A stretch of DNA of 64,000 bases from the human T2T-CHM13v2.0 reference genome, Homo sapiens: NCBI RefSeq assembly GCF_009914755.1, contig NC_060932.1, one strand, 5' to 3'. The notes beneath the pieces were generated by a model. It was given only the letters and a program-made list of their open reading frames with translations, was not told the origin of the DNA and ran no database searches. A program made the position numbers and the translations under genes. Position 1 is the first letter of the stretch, and each line of letters opens with the position of its first letter. Positions 1 to 12,347 of the stretch are shown here, in pieces.

Positions 1-1413
1 TGAGCCTGTAAAATCAAAAGTGAGTTAGTTACTTCCTAGATACAATGGGGGTACAGACATTGGGGTAAATACAGCCATTCTAAATCAGAGAAATTGGCCA
101 AAACAAAGGGGCTACAGGCCTCATGCAAGTCCAAAATTCAGCAATGCAGTCAAATCTTAAAGCTCCAAAATGATCCCCTCTGACTCCATGTGCCATATCC
201 AGGTCACGCTGATTCAAGAGGTGGGTTCCCATGGTCTTGGACAGATCTGCCTCTGTGGCTTTGCAGGGTACAGCCTCCCTCCTAGCTGCTTTCATGGGAC
301 GGTGTTGAGTGTTTGTGGCTTTTCTAGGAGCATGGTACAAGCTGTCAGTGGATCTACCATTCTGGGGTCTGAAGGATGGTATCCCTCTTCTCACAGATTC
401 ACTAGGCAGTGCCCCATTAGGGACTCTATGTGGGGACTCCAACCACACATTTCCCTTTCACACTGCCCTAGCAGAGGTTCTCCATGAGAGCCCCTGCAGC
501 AAAATTCTGCCTGGACATCCAGGCATTTCCACACATCCTCTGAAATTTAGGTGGAGATTCCCAAACCTCAATTCTTGACTTCTGTGCACCTGCAGGCTCA
601 ACACCATGTAGACGCTGCCAATGCTTGGGGCTTACCCCCTTTGAAGCTATGGACCCCTGTACCTGGGCCCCTTTTAGTCACAGCTGGAGTGGCTGGGATG
701 CAAGGCACCAAGTCCTTAGACTGCACATAGCATGGGGACCCTGTGCCCAGCCAACAAAACCATTATTTCCTCCTAGGCCTCCAGGCCTGTGATTAGAGGG
801 GCTGCCATGAAGACCTCTGATGTGCCCTGGAGACATTTTTTTCATTGTCTTAGGGATGAACATTTGGCTCCTGATTACTTATGCAAGTTTCTGCAGTGAG
901 CTTGAATTTATCCTCAGAAAATGGGATTTTCTTTCCTATTGCATTGTCAGGCTGCGAGTTTTTTGAACTTTTCTGCTCTGTTTCCCTTTTAAAACTGAAC
1001 GCCTTTAACAGTACCCAAGTCACCTCTTGAATGCTTTGCTGCTTAGAAATTTCTTCTGCCAGATATCCTAAATCATCTCTCTCTATTTCAAAGTTCCACA
1101 AATCACTACTGCAGTGGCAAAATGCCACCAATCTCTTTGCTAAAACATAACAAGAGTCACCTTTGCTCCAGTTCCAAACAAGTTTCTCATCTCCATCTGA
1201 GACCACCTCAGCTTGAACCTTATTGTTCATATCATTATCAGCATTTTTGTCAAAACCATTCAACAAGTCTCTGGAAGTTCTAAACTTTCCCACATTTTCC
1301 TGTCTTCTGAGCCCCCCAAACTGTTCCAACCTCTGCCTACTACCCAGTTCCAAAGTTGCTTACACATTTTTGGGTATCTTTTCAGTAACACCCCACTCCT
1401 GGTACTGATTTAC
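1..1413 (-). mobile_element. THE1 (MaLR) internal sequence, cut by window start
   Basis: Minus ORF 850-1353 (DLLNGFDKNADNDMNNKVQAEVVSDGDE..WSKGDSCYVLAKRL) is the typical THE1-int relic ORF; abuts a THE1 LTR. Confidence 0.9.
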
Positions 1414-1766
1414 TGTATTATTCCTTTTTCATGCAGCTGATAAAGACAAACCTGAGACTGGGAAATTTACAAAAGAAAGAAGTTTAATGGACTTACAGTT
1501 CCACATGATGGGGGAAGCCTCAAAATCATGGCGGAAGGCAAGGAGGAGCAAGTCACATCTTACATGGATGGCAGCAGGCAAAAAGAGAGCTTGTGCAGGG
1601 AAACTCCAGTTTTTAAAACCATCAGATATCATGAGACTTATTCAGTATCACAAGACAGCACGGGAAAGACCTGCCCCCGTGTTTCAATTACCTCCCACCA
1701 GGTTCCTCCCACAACACATGGGAATTCAAGATGAGATTTGAGTGGGGACACAGTCAAACCATATCA
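1414..1766 (-). mobile_element. THE1B-like LTR (5' LTR of the minus-strand element)
   Basis: Plus strand reads tgtatta...caaaccatatca, the reverse complement of THE1 termini TGATATGGTTTG...TAATACA; ~350 bp. Confidence 0.9.
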
Positions 1767-3569
1767 AAGTGCATAAGTGTTTGAAGAGATTTTCTTTAAA
1801 AATAAAAATAATCATTTTTTAAAATCTTAGAATTATAGAACTCTACTAAGGTATAGACTTGATGTGTTTCTCGTAGAATGCATGTACCTTGAGTTCTTGC
1901 GATGCATGAGTTTAAGCAAGTTAAAGTAACCATCTATGTTTTTAATACACCATATTAAACTTTGGTTGAGAATGCACGGGATGAAATAAACAATGAGAAA
2001 GGGACAAAAATGACAGAGAAACAGACACTTTTTGCCTATTTTTTAAAATTTAAATAATTTTTAATTTGAAGGACAAATATATTAAACACAGGGCAAATAC
2101 ACCTTTGTAAGAGAGCATGGCTCCAAAAGAGTGTTGCCAACTTATTTTTGGTTGGTATGTTTTTCCTCTAGAAAAATGACATTTAATTCTTTATTTTCCT
2201 TTTTTTTTTTTTTTTTGAATGGATGGGATTGTGGGGTAGGAGAAAAGACGTTATCCATTTTAATGTTAGAAAAAGCAGCCTCAGCTTCTACTTATAGTCT
2301 CTTTCTCTCATGTCCTCACAACCCTAGGTCTAATCTTTAAAATTCTTTTTCTCCACCTCTGTCTCAACCTCACTGTGGTTTACATATGGACAAACACACA
2401 CAAACACTTACACTTATTTCTTCCTCAGCAGTATTCCATTTTTAAAAGATATAAACATAGTTCTTTTATAAAAAGAATTTGAACTTTTTAAAGAATAAGT
2501 AAAACTTCAATCCTGAAAATGATTGAACATTTTTGAAATACTGATATACTTTGGAGAATATTTTTAATAATCAAAAGTAATCTTGATTGACTTATTTTTC
2601 ATCTAGGAAATGGAAATATACATCCAATCTTAGACTGAAGCAACCAAATGTAGTCACTTCGGTGCCTGCCCTTGTAACTTTATATTCATGTATTGTTATG
2701 TGATAATATAATCCATAGGCATGTGAACCAGGATATATAACCATTTTTCTTATAAATGTTAGAGGATATTAAGAGCAACTACACAATGAAGACAAAAGGA
2801 AAGAACAAGGGATTTTTCCCCCTCTACTAGATCCAGTGGGAAAAAAAATGTAGCATAGGACTTTGCTTCTATTTCCTTAAACAAATAAAATTGAGGCTAT
2901 CAATGAGACATAATGAGACAGACTGGTTGATACTAAATTGACCATTTTTGGGGAAGCTCTTTCGTATCATAAACTACCCATCTAGACTGAAAGCAGCATA
3001 TCTCTGGATATAAAATCAAACTTAATTCATGCCCTGTCATCTAACTGTTTTGTAGAACCTCAATTTAGAATATCCCTTCCCAGTGTGAATAATACTAGAG
3101 AGTGCTGGAAAGTACAGCCATAATACAACACAAAATTTCTATTGCCTCATACAAACAGGTACTAGGCATGAGATGGGAGGTACTAGCCATAAGATGGGGA
3201 CATGGAAAACAATTTTCAAGAAACAAATACATTATGCTCCCTAGTTCGTTAATAAATTTTAAAACATGGAAATCTCACAAAACTGTTTTAGCCTGGGATT
3301 GCCTACCATTTATCCATTTGTTTACTAAAATCTGGCTGAATGTAAGGCATTATCACGACTCATTCTTTAACCTGTTTCTCAAATCTATTATGCTCTTAAC
3401 TCATCTCAAAATTGCTTTGCAAATCTTTTACTCCTATGCTGTGCCATTTTGCTTTCATTGTTAATATACTTTGCCCAGTCATGCTGGATAAAATCTAAAC
3501 TATAAAGTCACCTTTGATTTGACCTTCAAATTTAGCCCCACATAAATTTTTTGATGAGTTTCCCTCTTT

Positions 3570-5070
3570 TTATTTTTTTTTTATTTTTATTTTTAGAAGA
3601 AACAGCCGTAAAGTTCATTAAAAAAAAAAAAAAGTTGAGGGTAAGACTTCAGTGCTTGGATGTAGCAGCTGAATTACCGGCATTATTTTACCCATAGCTT
3701 ATTTCAATCTCTTGTTGTTGATATTGTTGTTTGCTTGTCATATTTTTTTTTGTCTTTCCAAGCCTTTTGAGGCTGAGGTCTATTAGTCAGCTCATGTCCC
3801 AACTATTTAAGACTAACAGTTAAAGTAACAGTTAGTGTATGAGAAAGTTACCACTGGTAAGGATGAACCAGTTAGGGCTTCTTTAAGTCCTAAGGTCACA
3901 ACAATCTTTTGAACCTTATCAGTTGGCTTTTCCTGCAATACGGTTTTCTTTGTCACTCCCATAATCTACATCTGGATCATCGTCTTCCTTGTCATACTCA
4001 TCATAAATTTCTCCATTGATGTCCTCGGCCTCTATCTCTTCTTTGATATGTGGTTCCTCTCCTTTCACAAAAGTGCTCTGGATAACAGGCATCCCAGGCT
4101 CTGGGCTGCTGGACAAACTTGAGTGCTCTGAGGGCAGGTGAGGGGAGGGCATTCCAGCCATGGTGATGGCTCCATGGTACACAACACCAGCAGTAGCAAT
4201 TGGGATCTGTGCTTGTTGCCCAACATTGAAGTACTGCCGCATCTCCTGCTGCCTGTTGTGCATGATTGCCTCGTATTCACCAACGTGCAGCTTTTTGTCA
4301 TCCATGAGGCAGGTGCACTTTGGTCTAGGCTTGTACTCATAGTCAGGGTACTTCTCCAGGTGCTGCTTGCCAAGACGGGCTTGCTCCTCATATATGGCTG
4401 TTTTCTAGGTTTGTCATAGCTTTCCAGTGAGATCCCAATATCTTGCTGATGTTGGAGTCACGCATGCCAGGAAAGGCTTGAAGGATCTTTCTCTGCTCAT
4501 CTTTAGCCCATATCATGAAGGCGTTCACTGGACGCTTTATGAGGGGTTCATTGCTACCACGCCCCTTGGATTCCCTATAAATTCTTGACTCTGAGACTCC
4601 AGCACTTCTATCAGAATCTCCACTCAGATCGAAATCCATCATCGCATGGCTAAATTATCCTTCTTCATTCTGTTTAACAGCCAGTTGCTGAGTCAGACCC
4701 TCCACTGTTGTTTTTTCCTTTTCTGTCCAGCAGTTATAGAGACCCAGGCTATTCACAACAGCCACCTTCCCATAAAGCACCTGTTTTTCCCGTTGAAGTT
4801 GCTCCTTCATTTGCCGAGCTTCTTGGATTGCCTTGGTGACAGCATCATGGACATTTAAGTAAATTATTGTGCTAACTCTGGCTGAAGGACTACCAAACGC
4901 TGCTGCAACACAAGCTTTGAAGGGGCCTGCCCCACTGTTTATTCTCAGAGCTGGCATATAGGGAGAGGTGGGTGATGTGGGTGATTTGCCATCAGAGGTC
5001 TTGGGTTTGGCTGATAGGTTCAGCAGCTGTGCCAGTTCATCCTGTATGCACAGCTCCTATGGCACAAATT
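3570..5070 (-). pseudogene. SOX5P1: SOX5 processed pseudogene (probably SOX5P1 if human)
   Basis: Three minus ORFs (4655-4957, 4388-4642, 3919-4305) tile the SOX5 C-terminal half ([12 protein letters not shown]; HMG box [19 protein letters not shown]; end DYGSD..IAGKAN). No introns, ~350 nt 3' UTR, poly(A) ~3567-3594, TSD-like gagtttc(cc)tcttt at 3556-3569 and 5072-5083. TAA at 4655-4657 and frameshifts near 4390-4404. The symbol is from recall. Confidence 0.95.
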
Positions 5071-5535
5071 CGAGTTTCTCTTTATTCAAATGGGTAGGAG
5101 ACTGAAGAAAAGGAAAACAAAGTTCTAGGAAGATTTGGTGATAAATCTTACTGGTGAGTAAAATAAAGCTTACTGGTGGCATTATTTCATGGGATAGCTG
5201 GATACAATGCAAGGTAGAGTTTAGACCTGCATCACCAAATCCTAACAGAATAAATATGTAATAGATGGGAAGCCCATGATAAGAAGCCAAATACTGAGGA
5301 AATTAAGAGAAAGAATTGAATTTGGAGGAGTTTTGAACCAGGAAGAAAGGGAAGAGCTAGAGACATTTCCTACTAGAATACCAGGTGTATGTTATAGCAT
5401 TTCATAGAGTCTCTGGATATTTGAGTTCAATAATATGCTTGGAGAAAGTAATGGAACCAACCAATGGAATATTCTATTTGTAACATATTTCTCAAACAAT
5501 CTGTGATTTGGTCAAATTGATTTATTTACTGTTTT

Positions 5536-6203
5536 GATGCTGGAGATGATGTGGAGAAATACGAACGCTTTTACACTGTTGGTGGGAGTGTAAGTTAGTT
5601 CAACCATTGTGGAAGACAGTCTGGTGATTCCTCAAGGATCTAGAACCAGAAATACCATTTGACCCAGCAATCCCATCACTGGGGATATACCCAAAGGATT
5701 ATAAATCATTCTACTATAAAGACACATTCACACGTATGTTTATTGCGGCACTGTTGACAACAGCAAAGACTTGGAACCAACCCAAATGCCCATCAATGAT
5801 AGACTGGAAAAGGAAAATGTGGCATATATACACCATGGAATACTATGCAGCCATAAAAAGGATGAGTTCATGTCCTTTGCAGGGACATGAATGAAACTAG
5901 AAACCATTATTCTCAGGAAACTAACGCAAGAACAGAAAACCAAACACTGCACATTCTCACTCATAGGTGGGAGTTGAACAATGGGAACATATGGACACTG
6001 GGAGGGGAACATCACATACCAGGGCCTGTCAGGGGGTGGGGGGCTAGGGGAGGGATAACATTAGGAAAAATACCTAATGTAGATGACAGGTTGATGGGTG
6101 CAGGAAACCACCATGGCATGTGTATACCTATGTAACAAACCTGCACGTTCTGCACATGTATCCCAGAACTTAAAAGTATAATAAATAAATAAACAAAAAG
6201 AAG
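5536..6203 (+). mobile_element. 5'-truncated L1PA7-like 3' end
   Basis: L1 ORF2 C-terminus, G-rich 3' UTR and A tail; TSD tatttactgttt at 5523-5534 and 6204-6215. Confidence 0.88.
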
Positions 6204-7878
6204 TATTTACTGTTTCTTATATAGCTCTTGAACTTTTCTACTTGTGTCTTGGCATTCCATATTTACTGCAATCTGTTAATACTTAAACCCTACCATCTAA
6301 AAAAAAGCCTCAATGCAAATATTTAAAATCTACCTTTTTTCTGAAGATAATCAGTTTGCCCTGATTTGGAAATAACTTATTTTGGCTTTGAACACACATA
6401 AAACTTATTTTCCAATTATTGTAATACTTATGAGATAAATATATTTCATATAGTTAAAACATATGAACACTGTATTATATACATATGTGGGGTAGGTGTT
6501 ATGTGTGCACAGACCTGCAATAATTCCCCTTCTACTTTGGTAAGTATTTTGAAGCCTCTTTTATCTTTATGAGTTCTCATTATCATTGTATTTCACGTTA
6601 TAGATGCCTAGTAGAAATGGGTTGAATAAATGAATAAAGGAAGAAGTTAGGAATGGAATAAAGAAGAAAAGAATTCAATGGCTAGGTAAACAGTGCATCT
6701 TTAAGAACAACTAACCCACCTCTGCCATGTGAAATTTCCTTTACATTATCCTTTCCCTTCTTCTGTTGACAGTAAATATTAGGTTAAAAAGATAAGATAA
6801 CTGAGAAGATGGTGGAGTAGGAAACACCAGAGACGTGTCTCTTCACCTGTACAACAATACACTGGCATGATCTGCCTGATGTAACATTTTTGGAACTCTA
6901 GATTCATTGCACATGCTCAGGGGAAGGTTCAGGCTCAGAAAAAAACCTGAGATCTCCATTTCATACCACAGGCTGATTCTCACCACAGAGACAAATTTTT
7001 ACAACAACTAATAAATCAAAACATTTTACAAAATCAAATCAAAATAAAAGAACAAATCCTGGGAAAGGAGAGAATTTGATCTCCAGAGTTACCACATTAT
7101 TAGATTCAAATTTCCAGTTTGCAATGATAAAAATCACAAGGCATACAAAGAAAAAGGAAAATATAACCCATTCAAGGAGAAAATAAAATAAACAAACAGA
7201 AACTTTTCCTTAAAAAAAGACCTAATGGCAGATCTACTAGACAAAGGTTTTAAAACAACTGCATTAAATGTAGTAATGATGCTCAAAGAACTTAATGAAG
7301 ATGAGAAGAAAGTTAAGAAAAAAATATATAAACAAATTGGATTATCAATAAAGAGACAGAAAACATAAGGAGAAACTAAAAAGAAATCCCCAAACTGAAA
7401 AGTACAACTGAAATGAAAAATTCACTACAGAAATTCAAAAGCAGATTTGAGTAGGAAGGTAAAAGAATCACCAAACTTGAGGGTAGGATAATGGAAATTA
7501 TCAAGTTTGAGGAACACACACAAAAAAAATTGAAGAAAAGTAAACAGAGCCTAAGAAACTTGTGGGACAAGATAAAACAGACCAATCTATACATTGAGGG
7601 AATTCCAGCAGAAGAAGAGAAAGAGATAAGGATAGAGAGGCTGTTTGAAGAAATAATGACCAAAAACTTCCTAAATTCAACAAAAGACATAAATATATAA
7701 GAAGCTCAAAAAAACTCCAAGTAGGATGACTTGAAAGAGACCTACACTGAGATATATTATTATCAAATTATTGAATGATGCAGAATTTTGAAAGCAACAA
7801 AACAGAAGTGACTCATCACATACAACTTCTCCTCAATCAGATTATTGGCATATTTCTCATTATAAATTTTGAAAGCCA

Positions 7879-8217
7879 TGCTATAGACTGAATGTTTGTG
7901 TCCTTCCAAAACAAATGTGTTGAGGTCCTAATCCCCAAGATGGAATTTGGAGGTGGGTTCTTTGGGAGGTAATTAAATCATGAAGGTGGAGCTCTATTGA
8001 ATGGGATTAATGGCCTTACAAGAAGAGACATAAATGAGACCATCTCTCTCTGACACGTGAAGACCAAGAAGGCAACTATCCTCAGGCAAGGAAGAGGTCC
8101 ATCACCAGAACACAACCATGCTAAAACTCTGATGTCAGACTAGTCAGAAATAAATGACTTTTTTTAAGCTATCCAACTCATGGTATTTTGATATGGCAGG
8201 CCAAGCTAACTAAGACA
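7879..8217 (+). mobile_element. MLT1A-like solo LTR inside the L1MB
   Basis: Termini tgctatagactgaatgtttgtgtcc ... ctaactaagaca. Confidence 0.8.
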
Positions 8218-8497
8218 GGGCAGAAGACAATGGGCTGACATATTCAAAGTGCCAAAAGAAAAAAAGTTTCAACCAAGAATCCTATATCTGGTAAAACTGC
8301 CCTTTAAAACATAAAAAGAAATGAAGGCATTCCTAGAAAACAAAAGCTGAGAAAGTTCATTACCACTAGACCTGCCCTGCAAAATGCTAAAAGGAGTCCT
8401 GCAGGTTGAAATAAAAAGACACTAGAGAGTAACTTTAAGCCATGTAAAGAAATAAAGATCTCAGGGAATGTGTAAGTAATTAAAAATAGCTATAATT

Positions 8498-9529
8498 GGG
8501 GCATTCCAAGATGGCCAAATAGGAAGAGCTCCGGTCTGCAACTCCCAGTGTGATCGACGCAGAAGATGGGTGATTTCTGCATTTCCAACTGAGATACCTG
8601 GTTCATCTCATTGGGACTGGTTGAACAGTGGGTGCAGCCCACGGAGGGTGAGCTGAAGCAGGGTAGGGCATCGCCTCACCAGGGAAATGTGAGGAGTTGG
8701 GGGATTTCCCTTTCCTAGCCAAGGGAAGCTATGACAGACCGTACCTGGAAAATCGCGACAATCCCGCCCAATTACTGTGCTTTTCCAATGGTCTTAGCAA
8801 CCAGCAGACAAGGTGATTCTCTCCTGTGCCTGGCTCAGCAGCTGCCACGCCCATGGAGCCTTGCTCACTGCTAGCGCAGCAGTCTGAGATTGATCTGTGA
8901 GATGGCTGCCTGGCTGGGGGAAGGGCGTCCGCCATTGCTGAGGCTTCAGTAGGTAAACAAAGTGGCCAGGAAGCACGGATTGGGTGGAGCCCACCGCAGC
9001 TCAACAAGGCCTACTGCCTCTAGACTCCACCTCTGTGGGCAAGGCATAGATGAACAAAAGGCAGCAGACAACTTCTGCAGACTTAAACATCCCTGTCTGA
9101 CAGCTCTGAAGAGAGCAGTGGTTCTCCCAGCATGGTGTTTGAGTGCTGAGAACGGGCAGACTGCCTCCTCAAGTGGGTCCCTGACCCCCACGTAGCCTAA
9201 CTGGGAGACACCTCCCAGTAGGGACCGACAGACACCTCATATAGGCGGCTGCCCCTCTGGGACAAAGTTTCCAGAGGAAGGATCAGGCAGCAATATTTGC
9301 TGTTCTGCAATATTCAGTGTTCTGCACCCTCCACTGGTGATACCCAGGAAAACAGGGTCTGGAGTGGAACTCCAGCAAACTCCAACAGACCTGCAGCTGA
9401 GCGACCTGTTAGAAGGAAATCTAACAAACAGAACGGAATAGCATCAACATCAACAAAAAAATCATTTACACCAAAACCCCATCTGTAGGTCACCAACATC
9501 AAAGACCAAAGGTAGATAAAACCACAAAG
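8498..9529. promoter_or_regulatory. L1 5' UTR with sense and antisense promoter region
   Basis: YY1 motif caagatggcc at 8507-8516 and a complete 5' UTR; activity not shown. Confidence 0.6.
8729..8935 (-). CDS. L1 ORF0 homologue, 68 aa, open
   Basis: MADALPPARQPSHRSISDCCASSEQGSMGVAAAEPG resembles primate L1 ORF0 (MAGAPPPASLPPCSLISDCCASNQRDSVGVGPSEPG, recalled); start context gcaATGG. Translation not shown. Confidence 0.55.
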   Translation of the reverse strand: MADALPPARQPSHRSISDCCASSEQGSMGVAAAEPGTGENHLVCWLLRPLEKHSNWAGLSRFSRYGLS

Positions 9530-11589
9530 ATGGGAAGAAACCAGAGCAGAAAAGTTGAAAATTCTAAAAATCAGAGCATCTCTTCTCCTCCAAAGGACTG
9601 CAGTTCCTTGCCAGCAATGGAACAAAGCTGGATGGAGAAGGACTGTGATGAGTTGACAGAAGTGGGCTTCAGAAGGTCGGTAATAACAAACTCCTCTGAG
9701 CTAAAGGAGGATATTTGAACCCATTGCAAGGAAGCTAAAAATGTTGACAAAAGATTAGATGAATGGCTAACTAGAATAAACAGTGTAAAGAAGACCTTAA
9801 ATGACCTGATGGAGCTGAAAACTATGGCAGGAGAACTTTGTGACGCATGCACAAGCTTGAATAGCCGATTTGATCAAGTGGAAGAAAGGGTATCAGTGAC
9901 TGAAGATCAAATTAATGAAATAAAGCAAGAAGACAAGGTGAGAGAAAAAAAGAGTAAAAAGAAATGAACAAAGCCTCCAAGAAATATGGGACTATGTGAA
10001 AAGACCAAATCTATGTTTGATTGATTACCTGAAAGTGATGGGGAGAACGGAACCAAGTTGGAAAACACTCTTCAGGATATTATCCAGGAGAACTTCCCCA
10101 ACTAGTAAGGTAGGCCAACATTCAAATTCAGGAAATACAGAGAACACCACAAAGACACTCCCTGAGAAGAGCAACCCCGAGACACATAATTGTCAGATTC
10201 ACCAAGGTTGAAATGAAGGAAAAAGTGTTAAGGGCAGCCAGAGAGAAAGGTCGAGTTACCCGCAAAGGGAAGCCCATCAGATTAATAGCAGATCTCTCGG
10301 CAGAAACCATAAAAGCCAGAAGAGAGTGGGGGCCAATATTCAACACTCTTAAAGAAAAGTGCTTTCAACCCAGAATTTCATATCCAGCCAAACTAAGCTT
10401 CATAAGTGAAGGAGAAATAAAATCCTTTACAGACAAGCAAATGCTGAGAGACTTTGTCACCACCAGGCCTGCCTTACAAGAGCTCCCGAAAGAAGCACAA
10501 AACATAGAAAGAAACAACCAGTACCAGCCACTGGAAAAACAGGCCAAATTGTAAAGACCATCAATGCAATGAAGAAACTGCATCAATTAATGGGCAAAAT
10601 AACCAATGAACATCATAATGACAGGATCAAATTCACACATAACAATATTAACCTTAAATATAAATGGGATAAATGCCCCCAATTAAGAGGCACAGACTGG
10701 CAAATAGGACAAAGAGTCAAGACCCATCAGTGTGCTATATTCAGGAGACCCACCTCACATGCAAAGATGCACGTAGACTCAAAATAAAGGGATAGAGGAA
10801 GATCTACCAAGCAAACGGAAAGCAAAAAAAAAGCAGGGGTTGCAATCTTAGTCTCTGATAAAACAGACTTGAAACCAACAAAGATCAAAAGAGACAAAGA
10901 AGGCCATTACATAAAGGTAAAGGGATCAATTCAACAAGAAGAGGTAACTATCCTAAATATATATGCACCCAAAACAGGAGCAGCCAGATTTATAAAGGAA
11001 GTCGTCAGAGACCTAAAAAGAGACCTAGACACCCACACAATAATAATAGGAGACTTTAACTTCCCACTGTCAATATTAGACAGATCAACGAGACAGAAGG
11101 TTAACAAGGAGATCCAGGATCTGAACTCAGCTCTGCAACAAGCAGACCTAATAGAAATTTAAAGAACTCTCCACCCCAGATCAACAGAATATATATTCCT
11201 CTCAGCACCATGTCGCACTTATTCTAAAATTGACCACATAATTGGAAGGAAGCACTCTTAAAAGAACAGAAATCACATCAAACTGTCTCTCAGGCCACAG
11301 TGCAATCAAATTAGAACTCAGAATTAAGAAACTCACTCAGAACCGCATAACTACATGGAAACTGAACAACCTGCTCCTGAATGACCACTGGGTAAATAAT
11401 GAAATGCAGGCAGAAATAAAGATTTTCTTTGAAATTAATGATAACACAGACACAACGTACCAGAATCTCTGGGACACATTTAAAGCAGTGTGTAGAGGGA
11501 AATTTATGGCACTAAATGCCCACAAAAGAAAGCAGGAAAGATCTAAAATCGACACCCTAACATCACAATTAAAAGAATTATGGAGGTAA

Positions 11590-11688
<99 letters not shown>

Positions 11689-12160
11689 TGACTCCAGGAG
11701 CTGGTTTTTTGAAAAGATCAACAAAAGTGATAGACTGCTAGCAAGATTAATGGAGAAGAAAAGAGAGAAAACTCAAACAGATGCAAAAAAAAAAATGATA
11801 AAGGGGATATCACCACCGATTCTGCAGAAACACAAACTACCATCAGAGAATACTATAAACACCTCTATGCAAATAACTAGAAAATCTAGAAGAAATGGAT
11901 TAATTCCTGGACACAGACACCCTCCCAAGACTAAACCTGGAAGATGTTGAATCTCTGAATAGACCAATAACAGGCTCTGAAATTGATGCAATAATTAATA
12001 GCTTACCAACCAAAAAACCTCCAGGACCAGACGGATTGACAGCCAAATTCTACCAGAGGTACAAAGAGAAGCTGGGACCATTCCTTCTGAAACTATTCCA
12101 ATCAACAGAAAAAGAAGGAATCCTCGCTAACTCATTTTATGAGGCCAGCATCATCCTGAT

Positions 12161-12347
12161 ACCAAAGCCTGGCAGAGACACAACAAAAAAGAGAATTTTA
12201 GACCAATATCCCTGATGAACATTGATGCAAAAATCCTCAATAAAATACTGGCAAACCAAAGCCTGGCAGGACACAACAAAAAAGAGAATTTTAGACCAAT
12301 ATCCCTGATGAACATTGATGCGAAAATCCTCAATAAAATACTGGCAA
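12161..12347 (+). repeat. 94-bp tandem duplication inside L1PA6 ORF2
   Basis: accaaagcctggcag...aaaatactggcaa occurs at 12161-12254 and 12255-12347. Confidence 0.95.

Noticed and set aside
80-1741. Many overlapping ORFs up to 167 aa
   Set aside because: All lie within THE1 internal or LTR sequence; not host genes.
3919-4957. Functional SOX5/SOXD gene
   Set aside because: Intronless, with poly(A), TSD, an in-frame stop and HMG-box frameshifts.
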